From positions 20,191 to 84,190 of the forward strand of contig CBDBNA010000012.1 in NCBI GenBank assembly GCA_965207695.1: a stretch of 64,000 nt of DNA, given 5' to 3'. The translations under genes were made by a program, and so were the position numbers. The notes under the pieces are model-generated. The model had not been told where the DNA came from. It made no database searches and worked only from the letters and a program-made list of their open reading frames with translations. Positions 27,730 to 37,700 of this stretch are shown here, in pieces. Numbering within the stretch: position 1 is the first letter of the stretch; each line of letters opens with the position of its first letter. The stretch comes from Dehalococcoidia bacterium. Its GTDB lineage: Bacteria > Chloroflexota > Dehalococcoidia > Bin125.

Positions 27730-30126
27730 ATGAGCAACTATTGGGAGACCCTGCGACAGCGAAAGATCTCGCGCCGCACGATGTTGGGAGCCAGCGCCAA
27801 AGCCGGCGTAGGCGCGGCCGGCCTAGCCTTGGTCGGCTGCGGCGACGACGACGATGCGGCCGACGCCGGGACCGCGGCCGCCGAACGCGCCGCCGCGGCC
27901 GCGGAAGAGGCCGCCGCCGCGGCCGTCGCCGCGGGCGAAGCGCGCGCCGCCGAGACCGAGGCCGCCGCCGACGCGGCCGCCGAAGCCGCAGCGGCAGCCT
28001 CCGAGGCCTCCGCCGCCGCTTCACAGGCCGCCGACGCCGCCGATGCGGCCGCCGCCCTGGCCGCCGAGGCGGCCGAGTCGGAGGACGCCGCCAACGCGGC
28101 CGCCGCCGCCGAGGCCGCCGCCCAGGCCGCCGCTGACGCCGCGGCCGCCGCGTCCGCCGCGGGTGACGAGGCTGCCGCGGCCGTCGCCGCCGCCGCCTCG
28201 GAGGCCGCAGAGGCCGCCGCCCAGGCCGCCCGTGACGCGGCCGCCGCGGTCGAGGCCGGCACGGCCACGGCCGAGGCCGCCCAGGCCGCCATCGACGAAG
28301 CCGCCGCGGCCGCTGCTGCCGCCGCGGAAGCCGCCGGGGAGGCGTCCGCCGCCGCCGGCGAGGCCGCCGCCACCGCCCAGGAGACCGCCGAAGCCGCGGC
28401 CGAAACCGCCGCCGCCGCCGTCGCGGCGGCGCAAGAGGCCGCCGACGCGGCCCAGGAGGCCGCCGAGAGCGCGGCCATGGCGGCGGACGAAGAGGACGAG
28501 CCGGCCGCGGCGGGCGGGCCGGTGTACGGCGGCAAGATCGTCAGCTTTGCCGCCCTCGACATCGACCAGGGCTGGAACCCTCACCGCGCCACCTCGGGCG
28601 CGGACTCCTTGTTCCACTTGACGTACTTCTACGACCGTGTGTTGGGGTACACCGACGACGGCTCAGCGAAAGCGGAGCTGGCCGAGAGCTGGGAGACCCC
28701 GGACGACGTCACCTACCTCTTCAACTTCGCGCCCGGGCGCGCCGTGTTCCAGGACGGCGCGCCGGTGGACGCCAACGCGATGCAGGCGAATATGGAGTTT
28801 CTGCAGACCGACGAGGAAGCCTCCCTCAACAGCATCACCAATTCGGGCCTCGCCAACGCGGCATCCTTCGAAGCGGTGGACGACGTCACCTGGCGGTTGG
28901 TCAACAGCGTGCCGGCCGGGCCCACTCTCGCGTCCTTCTTCACCCCGACACAATCGAGCAACTTGATCTCACCGAGTTCCCTCGAAACCGCCCATGAACA
29001 TCCCGCCGGCGCCGGGCCGGCGCGCCTCGTGGAGCACGTCACTGGGGAGTACTGGCTCGCGGAGAAGTGGGACGGCTACTGGGATAACGACAACGTCTTC
29101 GCCGACCAGTTCGAGGTCCGGATCATTCTCGACGGGAACAACGCCTGGGCCCAGTTCCTTGATGGGGAGATCAGCTGGAAGACCCCCCCCGATGCAATGA
29201 CAGCGGATCTGGCGGCGGAGTTGGAGGCCGACGGGTTCAAGGTGGCCACGGGGATCTCGCAGCAGTGGCAGGCACAGTATTTCCAACTCAATCCGGCGGC
29301 CGAGGGCAAGAACATGTTCCGCGACCCCCGCCTGCGGTGGGCGATCGGCCTCAGCGTGGACCGGAACGTCGTCAACGATCTGTCCGAGGACGGCCTGGGC
29401 AAGCCCTCCGTGTGCAACACCAGTACGGAGAGCTGGGCCATCCGGGAGGGCGCGAACTACTACGACCCGCCCGACCTGGCGAAAGCCGCCCAGCTGCGGG
29501 ACGCCGCGGGCTTCGGGGACGACAACCCCGTCACCGGCGACGCCCTCTCCTACAACAAGCCGTATCAGCTGCGTACGGCGATTCCGGTGTTCAACCAGCT
29601 GCGCGAAGCCGGCTGGGAGGGCTTGACGTTCGTTGAAGGCTCTGAGTCGGCGATCCTGGAGCGGCTGTTCGGGCCAGGGGACTGGGTCACCTCCACCCTC
29701 ACCTGGAATTCGCCGTTCGACCCCGCCGCGACGATGAACCCGACAGTTACGCTTCTCCTCACAAACTGGTTCTACGGCTCGCCCGCAGACGGCGCGGGGA
29801 CCGGACGCGCCAGCCTGGCGGAAAACCCGAACGACCAGGTGCTGCAGGACATCGCGGAGACCCATGAGTACACCCTCGCGGCCTCGCGACGCGGCAGCCA
29901 AGCGGATCGCATCGAGCCCTACGACAAGGCGTTCGCCAGCTTCGCCGACGGCAACTCCTGGTCCGACCCCGACATCCAAGGACACCGCTGGACATACCAC
30001 TGGATCCAGCAGGGGGCGGGCGCGGCCGCCCAGTCGAATCTCGAAGGGTTCAGGATGAGACCCGTCGATGGCTGGGCGTGCGGGCCGACCGGGCACGGCT
30101 TCAAGGGCCTGTGGTGGAGCACCTAG
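27730..30126 (+). CDS. ABC transporter substrate-binding lipoprotein, family 5 (peptide/nickel/opine type), with ~240-aa Ala/Glu-rich linker
   Basis: 798 aa. A Tat-like signal plus lipobox (RRTMLGASAKAGVGAAGLALVGCG) is followed by ~240 aa of A/E/D low complexity. The SBP_bac_5-like domain reads GGKIVSFAALDIDQGWNPHRA..LTYFYDRVLGY... Confidence 0.8.
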   Translation: MSNYWETLRQRKISRRTMLGASAKAGVGAAGLALVGCGDDDDAADAGTAAAERAAAAAEEAAAAAVAAGEARAAETEAAADAAAEAAAAASEASAAASQAADAADAAAALAAEAAESEDAANAAAAAEAAAQAAADAAAAASAAGDEAAAAVAAAASEAAEAAAQAARDAAAAVEAGTATAEAAQAAIDEAAAAAAAAAEAAGEASAAAGEAAATAQETAEAAAETAAAAVAAAQEAADAAQEAAESAAMAADEEDEPAAAGGPVYGGKIVSFAALDIDQGWNPHRATSGADSLFHLTYFYDRVLGYTDDGSAKAELAESWETPDDVTYLFNFAPGRAVFQDGAPVDANAMQANMEFLQTDEEASLNSITNSGLANAASFEAVDDVTWRLVNSVPAGPTLASFFTPTQSSNLISPSSLETAHEHPAGAGPARLVEHVTGEYWLAEKWDGYWDNDNVFADQFEVRIILDGNNAWAQFLDGEISWKTPPDAMTADLAAELEADGFKVATGISQQWQAQYFQLNPAAEGKNMFRDPRLRWAIGLSVDRNVVNDLSEDGLGKPSVCNTSTESWAIREGANYYDPPDLAKAAQLRDAAGFGDDNPVTGDALSYNKPYQLRTAIPVFNQLREAGWEGLTFVEGSESAILERLFGPGDWVTSTLTWNSPFDPAATMNPTVTLLLTNWFYGSPADGAGTGRASLAENPNDQVLQDIAETHEYTLAASRRGSQADRIEPYDKAFASFADGNSWSDPDIQGHRWTYHWIQQGAGAAAQSNLEGFRMRPVDGWACGPTGHGFKGLWWST

Positions 30127-30129
30127 CTT

Positions 30130-30350
30130 CGCCCTGACCTCACCCCCTGTCCCCCTCTCCACCCGAACGGTGGAGAGGGGGCTCCGGTCCCCTCTCCCCC
30201 GAGGGGAGAGGGGATCAGATCTCCTCATCCATTACCCGGCAATGGAGAGGGGGCTAGGGGGTGAGGTTCTGGCGGTCGCTAGAGGGTGAGGGGCAGCGAC
30301 CGCCCGTGTCCCCCTCACCCTAACCCTCTCCCCCGAGGGGAGAGGGGATC
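30130..30350. repeat. cluster of palindromic hairpin elements (REP-like family, locus B) between the substrate-binding-protein and permease genes
   Basis: Contains ccccctctccacc-cgaac-ggtggagaggggg, cccctctccccc-gag-gggagagggg (two copies) and ...cggcaatggagaggggg, with flanking ggtgagggg / cctcacccc motifs. Confidence 0.8.
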
Positions 30351-30379
30351 GGAGGCCCCCGCGGCTGTGAGGACGTTCG

Positions 30380-31348
30380 ATGGCGCGCTACATCGCCACA
30401 CGGCTGGTCTCCTCGCTGATCATCCTGTGGATCATCAGCGTGCTTGTCTTCCTGCTCATGACCCTGCTGCCCGGCGATCCCACATTGACGGGCGCCGGGC
30501 TGGAGGCGAGCCCCGAGCAGCGCGAGCTCTTCCGCGACAAGCTGGGCCTGAACGATCCGCTGCCGCAGCGCTACGGTGACTGGTTGTTCCACGCGTTGCA
30601 GGGCGATCTCGGGGTGAGCACCGCCCAGGGCGCCCAGAGCGTCTCGGTCAGCAGCGTCTTCGCGCGGCGCATCCCCGCGACGATGGAGTTGGGCATCTTG
30701 AGCCTCCTCGTCGTGGTGACCGTGGCGGTGCCGATCGGCGTCCTGGCGGCGCTGAAGCCCGGCTCCAAGCGGGAAGTGGCGGCCAGCACGGCCATGATCG
30801 TGGGCAACTCGATCCCGGAGTTCCTCACCGGCATCGTGCTGATCCTCGTGATCGCGCTGCGCTTCGACCTCCTGCCGGTCGGGGGCTACGTCGCCTTCAT
30901 CGACGATCCGATCGAGAACCTGAAGCGCATGGCGATGCCGGTGCTGGCCATCTCGCTCACCGCGACGACGCTGCTGATGCGCCAGACCCGCTCGGCCATG
31001 ATCAACGTGCTCAGCGATGACTACATCCGCACCGCCCGCGCCAAGGGGCTGCGCGAGCGCGCCGTCGTCGTCCGCCACGGCCTGCGCAACGCCCTGATCC
31101 CGGTGATCACGGTCTTTGGCTTCCAGGCCGGGCTGATCTTCAGCGGCGCGGTGATCACGGAGCAAGTCTTCAACATCCCGGGCATCGGCCGGCTGTTCGT
31201 CGAGAGCGTCGTCATCGAGCAGGACTACAACATGATCCAGAACATCGTCATGTTCTTCGCGATCGCCACCCTGGTCGTGAATCTCCTGGTCGACGTCTCC
31301 TACACGCTGATCGATCCGCGCATCCGGACGGGCGGGACGGGCGCATGA
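30380..31348 (+). CDS. ABC transporter permease (DppB/OppB-type)
   Basis: 322 aa. The N-terminal MARYIATRLVSSLIILWIISVLVFLLMTLLPGDP is typical of OppB/DppB, and the EAA-like loop ..SDDYIRTARAKGL.. is present. Confidence 0.9.
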   Translation: MARYIATRLVSSLIILWIISVLVFLLMTLLPGDPTLTGAGLEASPEQRELFRDKLGLNDPLPQRYGDWLFHALQGDLGVSTAQGAQSVSVSSVFARRIPATMELGILSLLVVVTVAVPIGVLAALKPGSKREVAASTAMIVGNSIPEFLTGIVLILVIALRFDLLPVGGYVAFIDDPIENLKRMAMPVLAISLTATTLLMRQTRSAMINVLSDDYIRTARAKGLRERAVVVRHGLRNALIPVITVFGFQAGLIFSGAVITEQVFNIPGIGRLFVESVVIEQDYNMIQNIVMFFAIATLVVNLLVDVSYTLIDPRIRTGGTGA

Positions 31349-32280
31349 GCGGCGACCAGACGCCCGCCGGATCGGCCGTCCCGCCCGCGCTGGCGCGCGC
31401 GGGACTGCGCGAGCGCCATTGGTACCGCGAAGCGCGCGCGATCGGGCGCGTCTACGCGCGCAACCGCCCGGCCGTCTTCGGCGCGGTGCTCCTGCTCGGC
31501 TTCGGGCTCGTGGCCGGCTTGGCCCCCCTGGTCGCCCCCGCGGACCCGTTCCAGACCGCAACAACGCGCGAGGGCGTCTTCAACCCGCCCACATGGGATC
31601 ACCTCGCCGGCACGGATGCCGTGGGCCGCGACGTACTCAGCCGCACGATCTTCGGCGCCCGCATCGCCTGGCAGGTCGTGCTGGTGGCGACCGGCGTCGC
31701 GGTGGGCCTTGGCGTGCCGCTGGGGCTGCTGGCGGGCTACGTGGGCGGCAAGCTCGACGAACTGGTGATCATGCGCTTCGTCGACGCCGTCATGATGCTG
31801 CCGGGCCTCGTCCTGATCCTCGCCCTCACGGGCGCCGTCGGGCCCAGCATCACCAACACGATGATCATCATCGGGATCGTCTGGTCGCCCGGCTACGCGC
31901 GCCTGACGCGGGGCGTGGTGCTGCAGATCAGGCAGGAGGTCTTTGTCGACGCCGCCCGCGCGGTCGGCGCGACCCCGGCCCGGATCATGGCGCGCCACCT
32001 GCTGCCCAACGTCGTGGCGCCCATCATGGTGCTGGCCTCGCTCTCGGCCGCCGGCATCATCCTCGTCGAGGCGGGGCTCAGCTTCATCGGCGCGGGCGTG
32101 CAGGAGCCCGCGCCCGCCTGGGGGCGGATGGCCGCCGACGCGAACAAGACCATCCTGACGCGCAGCGCCTGGCCGCTCGCCGGGCCGGCGATCGCCATCG
32201 TCCTGATGGTGATGTCCTTCAACTTCGTCGGCGACGGCGTCCGCGACGCCTTCGACCCGCGCCTGCGGAACATCCGCTGA
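31345..32280 (+). CDS. ABC transporter permease (DppC/OppC-type)
   Basis: 311 aa. The ATGA overlap with the upstream permease suggests translational coupling. An OppC-like N-terminal region and the ..VDAARAVGATPARIMARHLLPN.. EAA motif are present. Confidence 0.9.
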   Translation: MSGDQTPAGSAVPPALARAGLRERHWYREARAIGRVYARNRPAVFGAVLLLGFGLVAGLAPLVAPADPFQTATTREGVFNPPTWDHLAGTDAVGRDVLSRTIFGARIAWQVVLVATGVAVGLGVPLGLLAGYVGGKLDELVIMRFVDAVMMLPGLVLILALTGAVGPSITNTMIIIGIVWSPGYARLTRGVVLQIRQEVFVDAARAVGATPARIMARHLLPNVVAPIMVLASLSAAGIILVEAGLSFIGAGVQEPAPAWGRMAADANKTILTRSAWPLAGPAIAIVLMVMSFNFVGDGVRDAFDPRLRNIR

Positions 32281-32342
32281 GGGAACGTGCTATCCCCGTC
32301 CCGACCCGTGAGGACGGGCCAAGACCGAGAGGAGACCCGGCA

Positions 32343-33539
32343 ATGACGACGACCGCGGCGACTCGCACTTGGGAGCCGCTGAGCGACGTGCGCAAGCGCC
32401 TGCGCGTCAAGTGGTACCGCTCGCCGATCGACAAGCCGACGCTCTGGGAGCTGATGGAGCGCAGCGACCGCAAGGGTCTCACCCATGCCTTGGGCCACCT
32501 GGGGCTGCTCGTGGCGCTGGGGGCGCTGACGGCGGTGGCGTTCGAGCAGGGCTGGTGGGCGGTGTTCGGCGTCGCGCTGTGGTTCTACGGGGCCGTGATC
32601 GCCTTCCTCCACGCCGCGACGCACGAATTGGCGCACGGCACCGTGTTCCGGACGCCAGCGCTCAACCGCTTCTTCATGCGGCTGTTCAGCGTCGTCGGGT
32701 GGTGGAACTACAACGAATACCGCATGAGCCACACGTACCACCACCGCTACACTCTGTTCCCCGCCGGGGACCGTGAGGTTCTCCTGCCGATGGAGGCGTC
32801 GCTGCACCCGCTGCTCCTGCTGGAGATGTGCACCGTCAACGTGCGGGGCATGTTCCGGATGCTGCGCTCGGTCGTGCTGATGGCGCTGGGACGCTTCGAC
32901 ATGCAGACGGTCAGCTCATACAGCGGCGTGCACACGACGCAGTGGACGTCGGCGCTCTCGGAGGTGCATCCCGAGACGTACCGGGCCGCCGTGCGCTTTG
33001 CGCGCTTCCTGCTGCTCTTCCACGGCGGGGTGATCGTGCTGTCGATCGTGCTCCAGCTCTGGTGGCTCATGATCCTGCTCAGCGGCGGCTTCTTCGTGGC
33101 CAACGCATGGCTGTACGCCGTCGCGAAGACGCAGCACGCCGGCCTGCGCGACAACGTGCCGGATTACCGGCTCTGCGTGCGATCGATCAAGCTCGACCCG
33201 CTGTCCTCGTTCCTGTACTGGCACATGGAGCACCACATCGAGCACCACATGTTCGCGGGCGTGCCCTGCTACAACCTCAAGCAGCTGGGTCGCGAGGTGG
33301 CGACGGATTATCCGGCGCCGCGCTCGCTGCTCGGCGCATGGCGCGAGATGCGCGCCGCCTGGAAGCGCCAACAGACCCATCCCGGCTACCAGTTCGACAC
33401 GCCGCTGCCGGCCACGGCCCGCCCGGCGATGACCAGCGAGGCGGCGGTCGTTGGCCTGCCCGCCCCGCCCGAGGGCACGGCCGACATGGCCGCGTCGATC
33501 GGGGCGCTCGACCCGGAGGAGGACCGGGTCCGCGTCTGA
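32343..33539 (+). CDS. membrane fatty-acid desaturase family protein (di-iron, three His boxes)
   Basis: 398 aa with three His boxes (HELAHG, HTYHHRY, HHIEHHMF) and four or more predicted TM helices. It sits 62 nt downstream of the permease on the same strand. Confidence 0.8.
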   Translation: MTTTAATRTWEPLSDVRKRLRVKWYRSPIDKPTLWELMERSDRKGLTHALGHLGLLVALGALTAVAFEQGWWAVFGVALWFYGAVIAFLHAATHELAHGTVFRTPALNRFFMRLFSVVGWWNYNEYRMSHTYHHRYTLFPAGDREVLLPMEASLHPLLLLEMCTVNVRGMFRMLRSVVLMALGRFDMQTVSSYSGVHTTQWTSALSEVHPETYRAAVRFARFLLLFHGGVIVLSIVLQLWWLMILLSGGFFVANAWLYAVAKTQHAGLRDNVPDYRLCVRSIKLDPLSSFLYWHMEHHIEHHMFAGVPCYNLKQLGREVATDYPAPRSLLGAWREMRAAWKRQQTHPGYQFDTPLPATARPAMTSEAAVVGLPAPPEGTADMAASIGALDPEEDRVRV

Positions 33540-33546
33540 CGGGACG

Positions 33547-34437
33547 CTACTCGAACGGGTCGGTGCCGGTGCGGATGAGGGCCTCACCGCGTTCCGGGTG
33601 CTCGTTCTCGTCCTCCCAGGGGTAGAAGCGCGGCGGCAGGATGCGCTCGATCTCCGGGTACTTGGCGCGGATCTCGGGCGAGAAGTCGTCGGCCGTCCAC
33701 TCGTGGATCGGGCGCATGTGGCGGCGCATGTAGTTGAGCACCAGCGTCACGCGCAGCCCGATCTCCTCGCGCGGCATCGCGCCGTGCCAGGTGCCGCCGT
33801 GCCAGATGGCCATCGAACCGGCCTTCGCGTTGAGCGAGATCGTCTTGAAGGGCGTCGTTTCGAGGTCGCGCTCGTGGGGCAGGGTGGCGCGGCCGTAGCG
33901 GTGACTGCCGGGCACGAAGACGGTGGGGCCGTCGTCGGCGCCGGTGTAGTCGGTGCAGAGCCAGGAGAGATTCGCGGTGTGGGCGATGTGGCCGCCGCCG
34001 GGCGGGATGCCGTGGGCGTCGCTGTGCAGGTTGAGCGGCGCGCGGTTGCGCGGCTTGATGATCCAGTTCGTCGACGAGAGGACGCAGCTGCTGCCGAGCA
34101 GCCAGCGGGCCATCGCCAGCGTGCAGGGGTTGGTCACGGCCTCGACGAAGACCTCGTCCTCCTTGAGCAGGTTCCAGATGCGCTGGTTGAGCGTGCTGAA
34201 CCGCATCGTGCAGGTGTCGGGGTCGCCGATCTCGAGGTTGTTGCGCCGCTCGCAGGCGCGCAGGATGGCGCTCTTCAGCCGATCGACGAAGCCCGGCGCC
34301 GAGCGCATCTTCTCCGGCGGGACGATCGTCACGCCGTAGGCCGTCAGTTCCAGCGCGTACTGGACGAGGCCGTACTTCTCCAATTCCAGCATCACGCTGT
34401 CGGTGGCCGGGGCCGTCCCGAGTTCTGCAATCGTCAT
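33547..34437 (-). CDS. phytanoyl-CoA dioxygenase (PhyH) family protein
   Basis: 296 aa with LHSDAHG (HxD), FVPGSH and WHGAMP (distal His region). Confidence 0.75.
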   Translation of the reverse strand: MTIAELGTAPATDSVMLELEKYGLVQYALELTAYGVTIVPPEKMRSAPGFVDRLKSAILRACERRNNLEIGDPDTCTMRFSTLNQRIWNLLKEDEVFVEAVTNPCTLAMARWLLGSSCVLSSTNWIIKPRNRAPLNLHSDAHGIPPGGGHIAHTANLSWLCTDYTGADDGPTVFVPGSHRYGRATLPHERDLETTPFKTISLNAKAGSMAIWHGGTWHGAMPREEIGLRVTLVLNYMRRHMRPIHEWTADDFSPEIRAKYPEIERILPPRFYPWEDENEHPERGEALIRTGTDPFE

Positions 34438-34487
34438 CGCTGCCTCCTTGACTCGCGGCGAAGTATACGGCAGGGCGCCGCGACCGA

Positions 34488-35971
34488 TCAGGGATCGGGC
34501 GGCTGGGCGCGCCCGCGCGCCAGCGCCGGCGGGATCGCCACGACCGCGACGATGCCCGCGACCAGGAAGGCCAGGCGGATCCCGCTGATCAGGGCGTCGG
34601 GCGCGACGATCGGGTCGTCGAGGCCGAGGGGCGTGCGCTCCAGGGCGTAGCGCGCGGCCTGGGAGGTGAACAGCGCCCCGGCGACGGCGATGCCGATGGC
34701 GTTGCCCATCGTGCGCGCCGTCGTCTGGGCGGCCGAGGCGGTGCCCGCGCGCTCGGGGCCGACGCTGGCCATGATCACCATCGTGTTGGGCGTCAGGAAG
34801 ATGGCCGCGCCCGCACCCGCGACGATCATGCGCAGCACGACGCCCGCGACCGACGTCTCGGAGTTCATCGTCGCCAGGGAGAGCAGCCCGGCGGCCACGA
34901 CGACGAGTCCGGCGACGGCGACGCGCCGCGGCCCGACGCGGTCGGCCAGCCGCCCCGACAGCGGCGATCCGACCAGCATCGCCAGGGGGAAACCGACGGT
35001 GATCGCGCCGGCTTCGAGCGTGCTGAAGCCGCGCGCGTCGATCAGGTAGAAGGGCATCAGCGTGAACGACCCGGTCAGGCCGAAGAACTGCAGCACGGCC
35101 GAGAGGATGCCGCCGCTGAACGGCACCCGCCGGAAGAGGTCCAGGTCGACGACGGGGCTGCGGGAGCGGCGTTCAATCCGGATGAACAGGACGACGAGCA
35201 CGGCCGTCGCGGCGAACAGGCCGACGATGGCCGGGCTGCCCCATCCCCACGCCTGACCCCGATTGACCGCCAGCACCGCCGCGCTCAGCAGGAAGAACAG
35301 CGCGAACGAGCCGGCAGGTCGAGGCCGGTGGGGCGTTCGTCGGCGGGGGTGTCGCGCAGCAGGGCGATCACCAGCAGCGATCCGATGACGCCCAGCGGGA
35401 TGCGCGTCCAGAAGATGGCCCGCCAGTCGAGGATCTCGATGAGCACGCCGCCGAGCACCGGGCCGATGGAGACCCCGATGCCCACGGTGCCGATCATGAT
35501 GCCCAGCGCCTGCCCCCGCTGCGAGGCGGGGAAGCTGTCGGTGACGATGGCGGCGCCGTTGGCGATCACCATCGAGGCGGCGATGGCCTGCACGGTGCGG
35601 CCGCCCAGCAGCTCCGGCAGCGACCCCGCGATCGCGGAGAGCCCCGTCGCGGCGGTGAAGCAGGCGAAGCCCACGACGTAGAGCCGCTTGCGCCCGTAGA
35701 GGTCGCCCAGGCGGCCCATGACCAGCCCCAGGCCGGTGCTGACGAGGATGAAGATCAGGCTGACCCAGAGCACCTCGTCGCGGGCGACGCCGAATTCGTC
35801 GGCGAGGGTCGGCAGAGCGATGTTGATGATCGAGGTGTCGAGCGTGCCCAGGAAGATGCCCAGGCAGACGAGGCCCAGCGCCAGCCAGCGATAGGGCACG
35901 CCGAGCACGTCCGGTCCCTGGACCCGCGCGTCTTCGGCTCGAGGGCGTCCGGTCATCTGGTCCCGGTTCAC
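34488..35971 (-). pseudogene. MFS transporter (DHA2/EmrB-like, 14-TMS type), frameshifted paralog
   Basis: The N-terminal 228 aa (track ORF 35285..35971) and the C-terminal ~320 aa (within track ORF 34488..36038) are in different frames. Comparison with the intact downstream paralog shows one C missing in a run (gagccggcagg here versus gagcccggcagg in the paralog, near position 35311). Confidence 0.6.
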
Positions 35972-36068
35972 GTGTGGCGGGCGGCGGAGCGGCCCGCGGC
36001 CGACGCCGATCGTCGCCCCGTCGCGCCCTACGTACCATCCCGCGCCGTCCCGGCCGGGCCGCCGCCGA

Positions 36069-37538
36069 TCAGGGGTCGGGCGGCCGGGCGCGCCCGCGCG
36101 CGAGCGCGGCGGGGATGGCGAGGACCGTGACCAGGCCCGCGACGAGGAGGGCCAGCTGGATGCCGCTGACCAGGGCGTCGGGCGCGACGATCGGGTCGTC
36201 GAGGCCGAGGGGCGTGCGCTCCAGGGCGTAGCGGGCGGCCTGGGAGGTGAAGAGCGCCCCTCCGACGGCGATGCCGATGGCGTTGCCCATCGTGCGCGCC
36301 GTGTGCTGGGCGGCCGCGGCCGTGCCGACGCGGTCGCGCCCCACGCTCTGCATGATCAGTACCGTGTTGGGCGCGAAGAAGATGGCCGTGCCCGTCCCCA
36401 TGATCGCCATGCGCAGCACGATGCCCGCGACCGGCGTCGTGGCGCTGAGCGTCGCCAGGGACAGCAACCCAGCGGCCACGACGACGAGTCCGGCGACGGC
36501 GACCTGCCGGGGACCGACACGCTCCGCCAGGCGCCCGGACAGCGGTGACACGATCAGCATCGCCAGGGGGTAGCCGACCATCACCGCGCCGGCCTCGAGC
36601 GTGCTGAAGCCGCGCGCGTCGACCAGGTAGAAGGGGATGATGGTGATCGCGCCGGTGAGGCCGAAGAACTGCAGCCCCACGGAGAGGATGCCGCCGCTGA
36701 ATGGCACCCGCCGGAAGAGCCCGAGGTCGACGACGGGGCTGCGGGAGCGGCGCTCGATGCGGATGAACAGGACGATCAGCCCGGCGGTCGCGGCGAACAG
36801 CCCGACGATCGCCGGGCTGCCCCAGCCCCAGGCGGCGCCGCGATTGACCGCCAGCACCAACGCGCCCAGCAGGAAGAAGAGGGTGAACGAGCCCGGCAGG
36901 TCGAAGCCGGTGGGACGCTGGTGGGCGGGCGTGTCGCGCAGGAGGGCGAGGACCAGCAGCGATCCGATGACGCCCAGCGGGATGCGCGTCCAAAAGATGG
37001 CCCGCCAGTCGAGGATGTCGATCAGGACGCCGCCGAGCACCGGCCCGATCGCCACCCCCACGCCCACCATGCTGATCATGATGCCCAAGGCCCGCCCCCG
37101 CCGCGCGGCGGGGAAGGTGTCGGTGACGATGGCGGCGCCGTTGGCGATCACCGTCGCGACGGCGACCGCCTGCGCCATGCGGGCGGCGAGCAACTCGGGC
37201 AGCGACCCGGCGATGGCGGAGAGGCCGGTCGCGATGGTGAAACAGGCGAAGCCCACGACGTAGAGGCGCTTGCGGCCGTAGAGGTCGCCCAGGCGGCCCA
37301 TGATCGGGCTCAGGCCGGTGCCGACGAGGATGTAGATCAGGCTGACCCAGAGCACCTCGTCCCGCGCGACGCCGAACTCCTGCGCCAGCGTGGGCAGCGC
37401 GATGGTGATGATCGACGTGTCGATGTTGGCGAGGAGGACGCCCAGGCAGACCAGGCTCAGCGCCAGCCAGGGATAGGGGACGCCGAGCACGTCCGGTCCC
37501 CGAACCCGTGCGTCTTCGCCTCCTGGGCGTCCGGTCAT
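36069..37538 (-). CDS. MFS transporter, DHA2 (EmrB/QacA-like) drug:H+ antiporter family
   Basis: 489 aa with 14 predicted TM segments. Motif A GRLGDLYGRKR and the D-rich conserved region LDTSIITIALPTLAQEF are present. Confidence 0.85.
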   Translation of the reverse strand: MTGRPGGEDARVRGPDVLGVPYPWLALSLVCLGVLLANIDTSIITIALPTLAQEFGVARDEVLWVSLIYILVGTGLSPIMGRLGDLYGRKRLYVVGFACFTIATGLSAIAGSLPELLAARMAQAVAVATVIANGAAIVTDTFPAARRGRALGIMISMVGVGVAIGPVLGGVLIDILDWRAIFWTRIPLGVIGSLLVLALLRDTPAHQRPTGFDLPGSFTLFFLLGALVLAVNRGAAWGWGSPAIVGLFAATAGLIVLFIRIERRSRSPVVDLGLFRRVPFSGGILSVGLQFFGLTGAITIIPFYLVDARGFSTLEAGAVMVGYPLAMLIVSPLSGRLAERVGPRQVAVAGLVVVAAGLLSLATLSATTPVAGIVLRMAIMGTGTAIFFAPNTVLIMQSVGRDRVGTAAAAQHTARTMGNAIGIAVGGALFTSQAARYALERTPLGLDDPIVAPDALVSGIQLALLVAGLVTVLAIPAALARGRARPPDP

Positions 37539-37700
37539 CTGATCCTGGTTCCGCGCGTGCGGGCCTGCGTCGCGGCCCGCGGCCGACGCCGATCGTCGCG
37601 CCGCCGGGCCCTACGTACCATCCCGCGCCGTCCCGGCGTCGCGCCCCGGGCCGTCTAGACTGTCGGCGGCCGGACGGGCCACAGCGCGAGGGGCGGGATC

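Noticed and set aside
27653-28617. Several Arg/Ala-rich ORFs on both strands inside 27650-28620
   Set aside because: They lie within the GCC/GAG-rich DNA that encodes the Ala/Glu linker of the substrate-binding lipoprotein and are frame-shifted or antisense read-outs of that low-complexity region.
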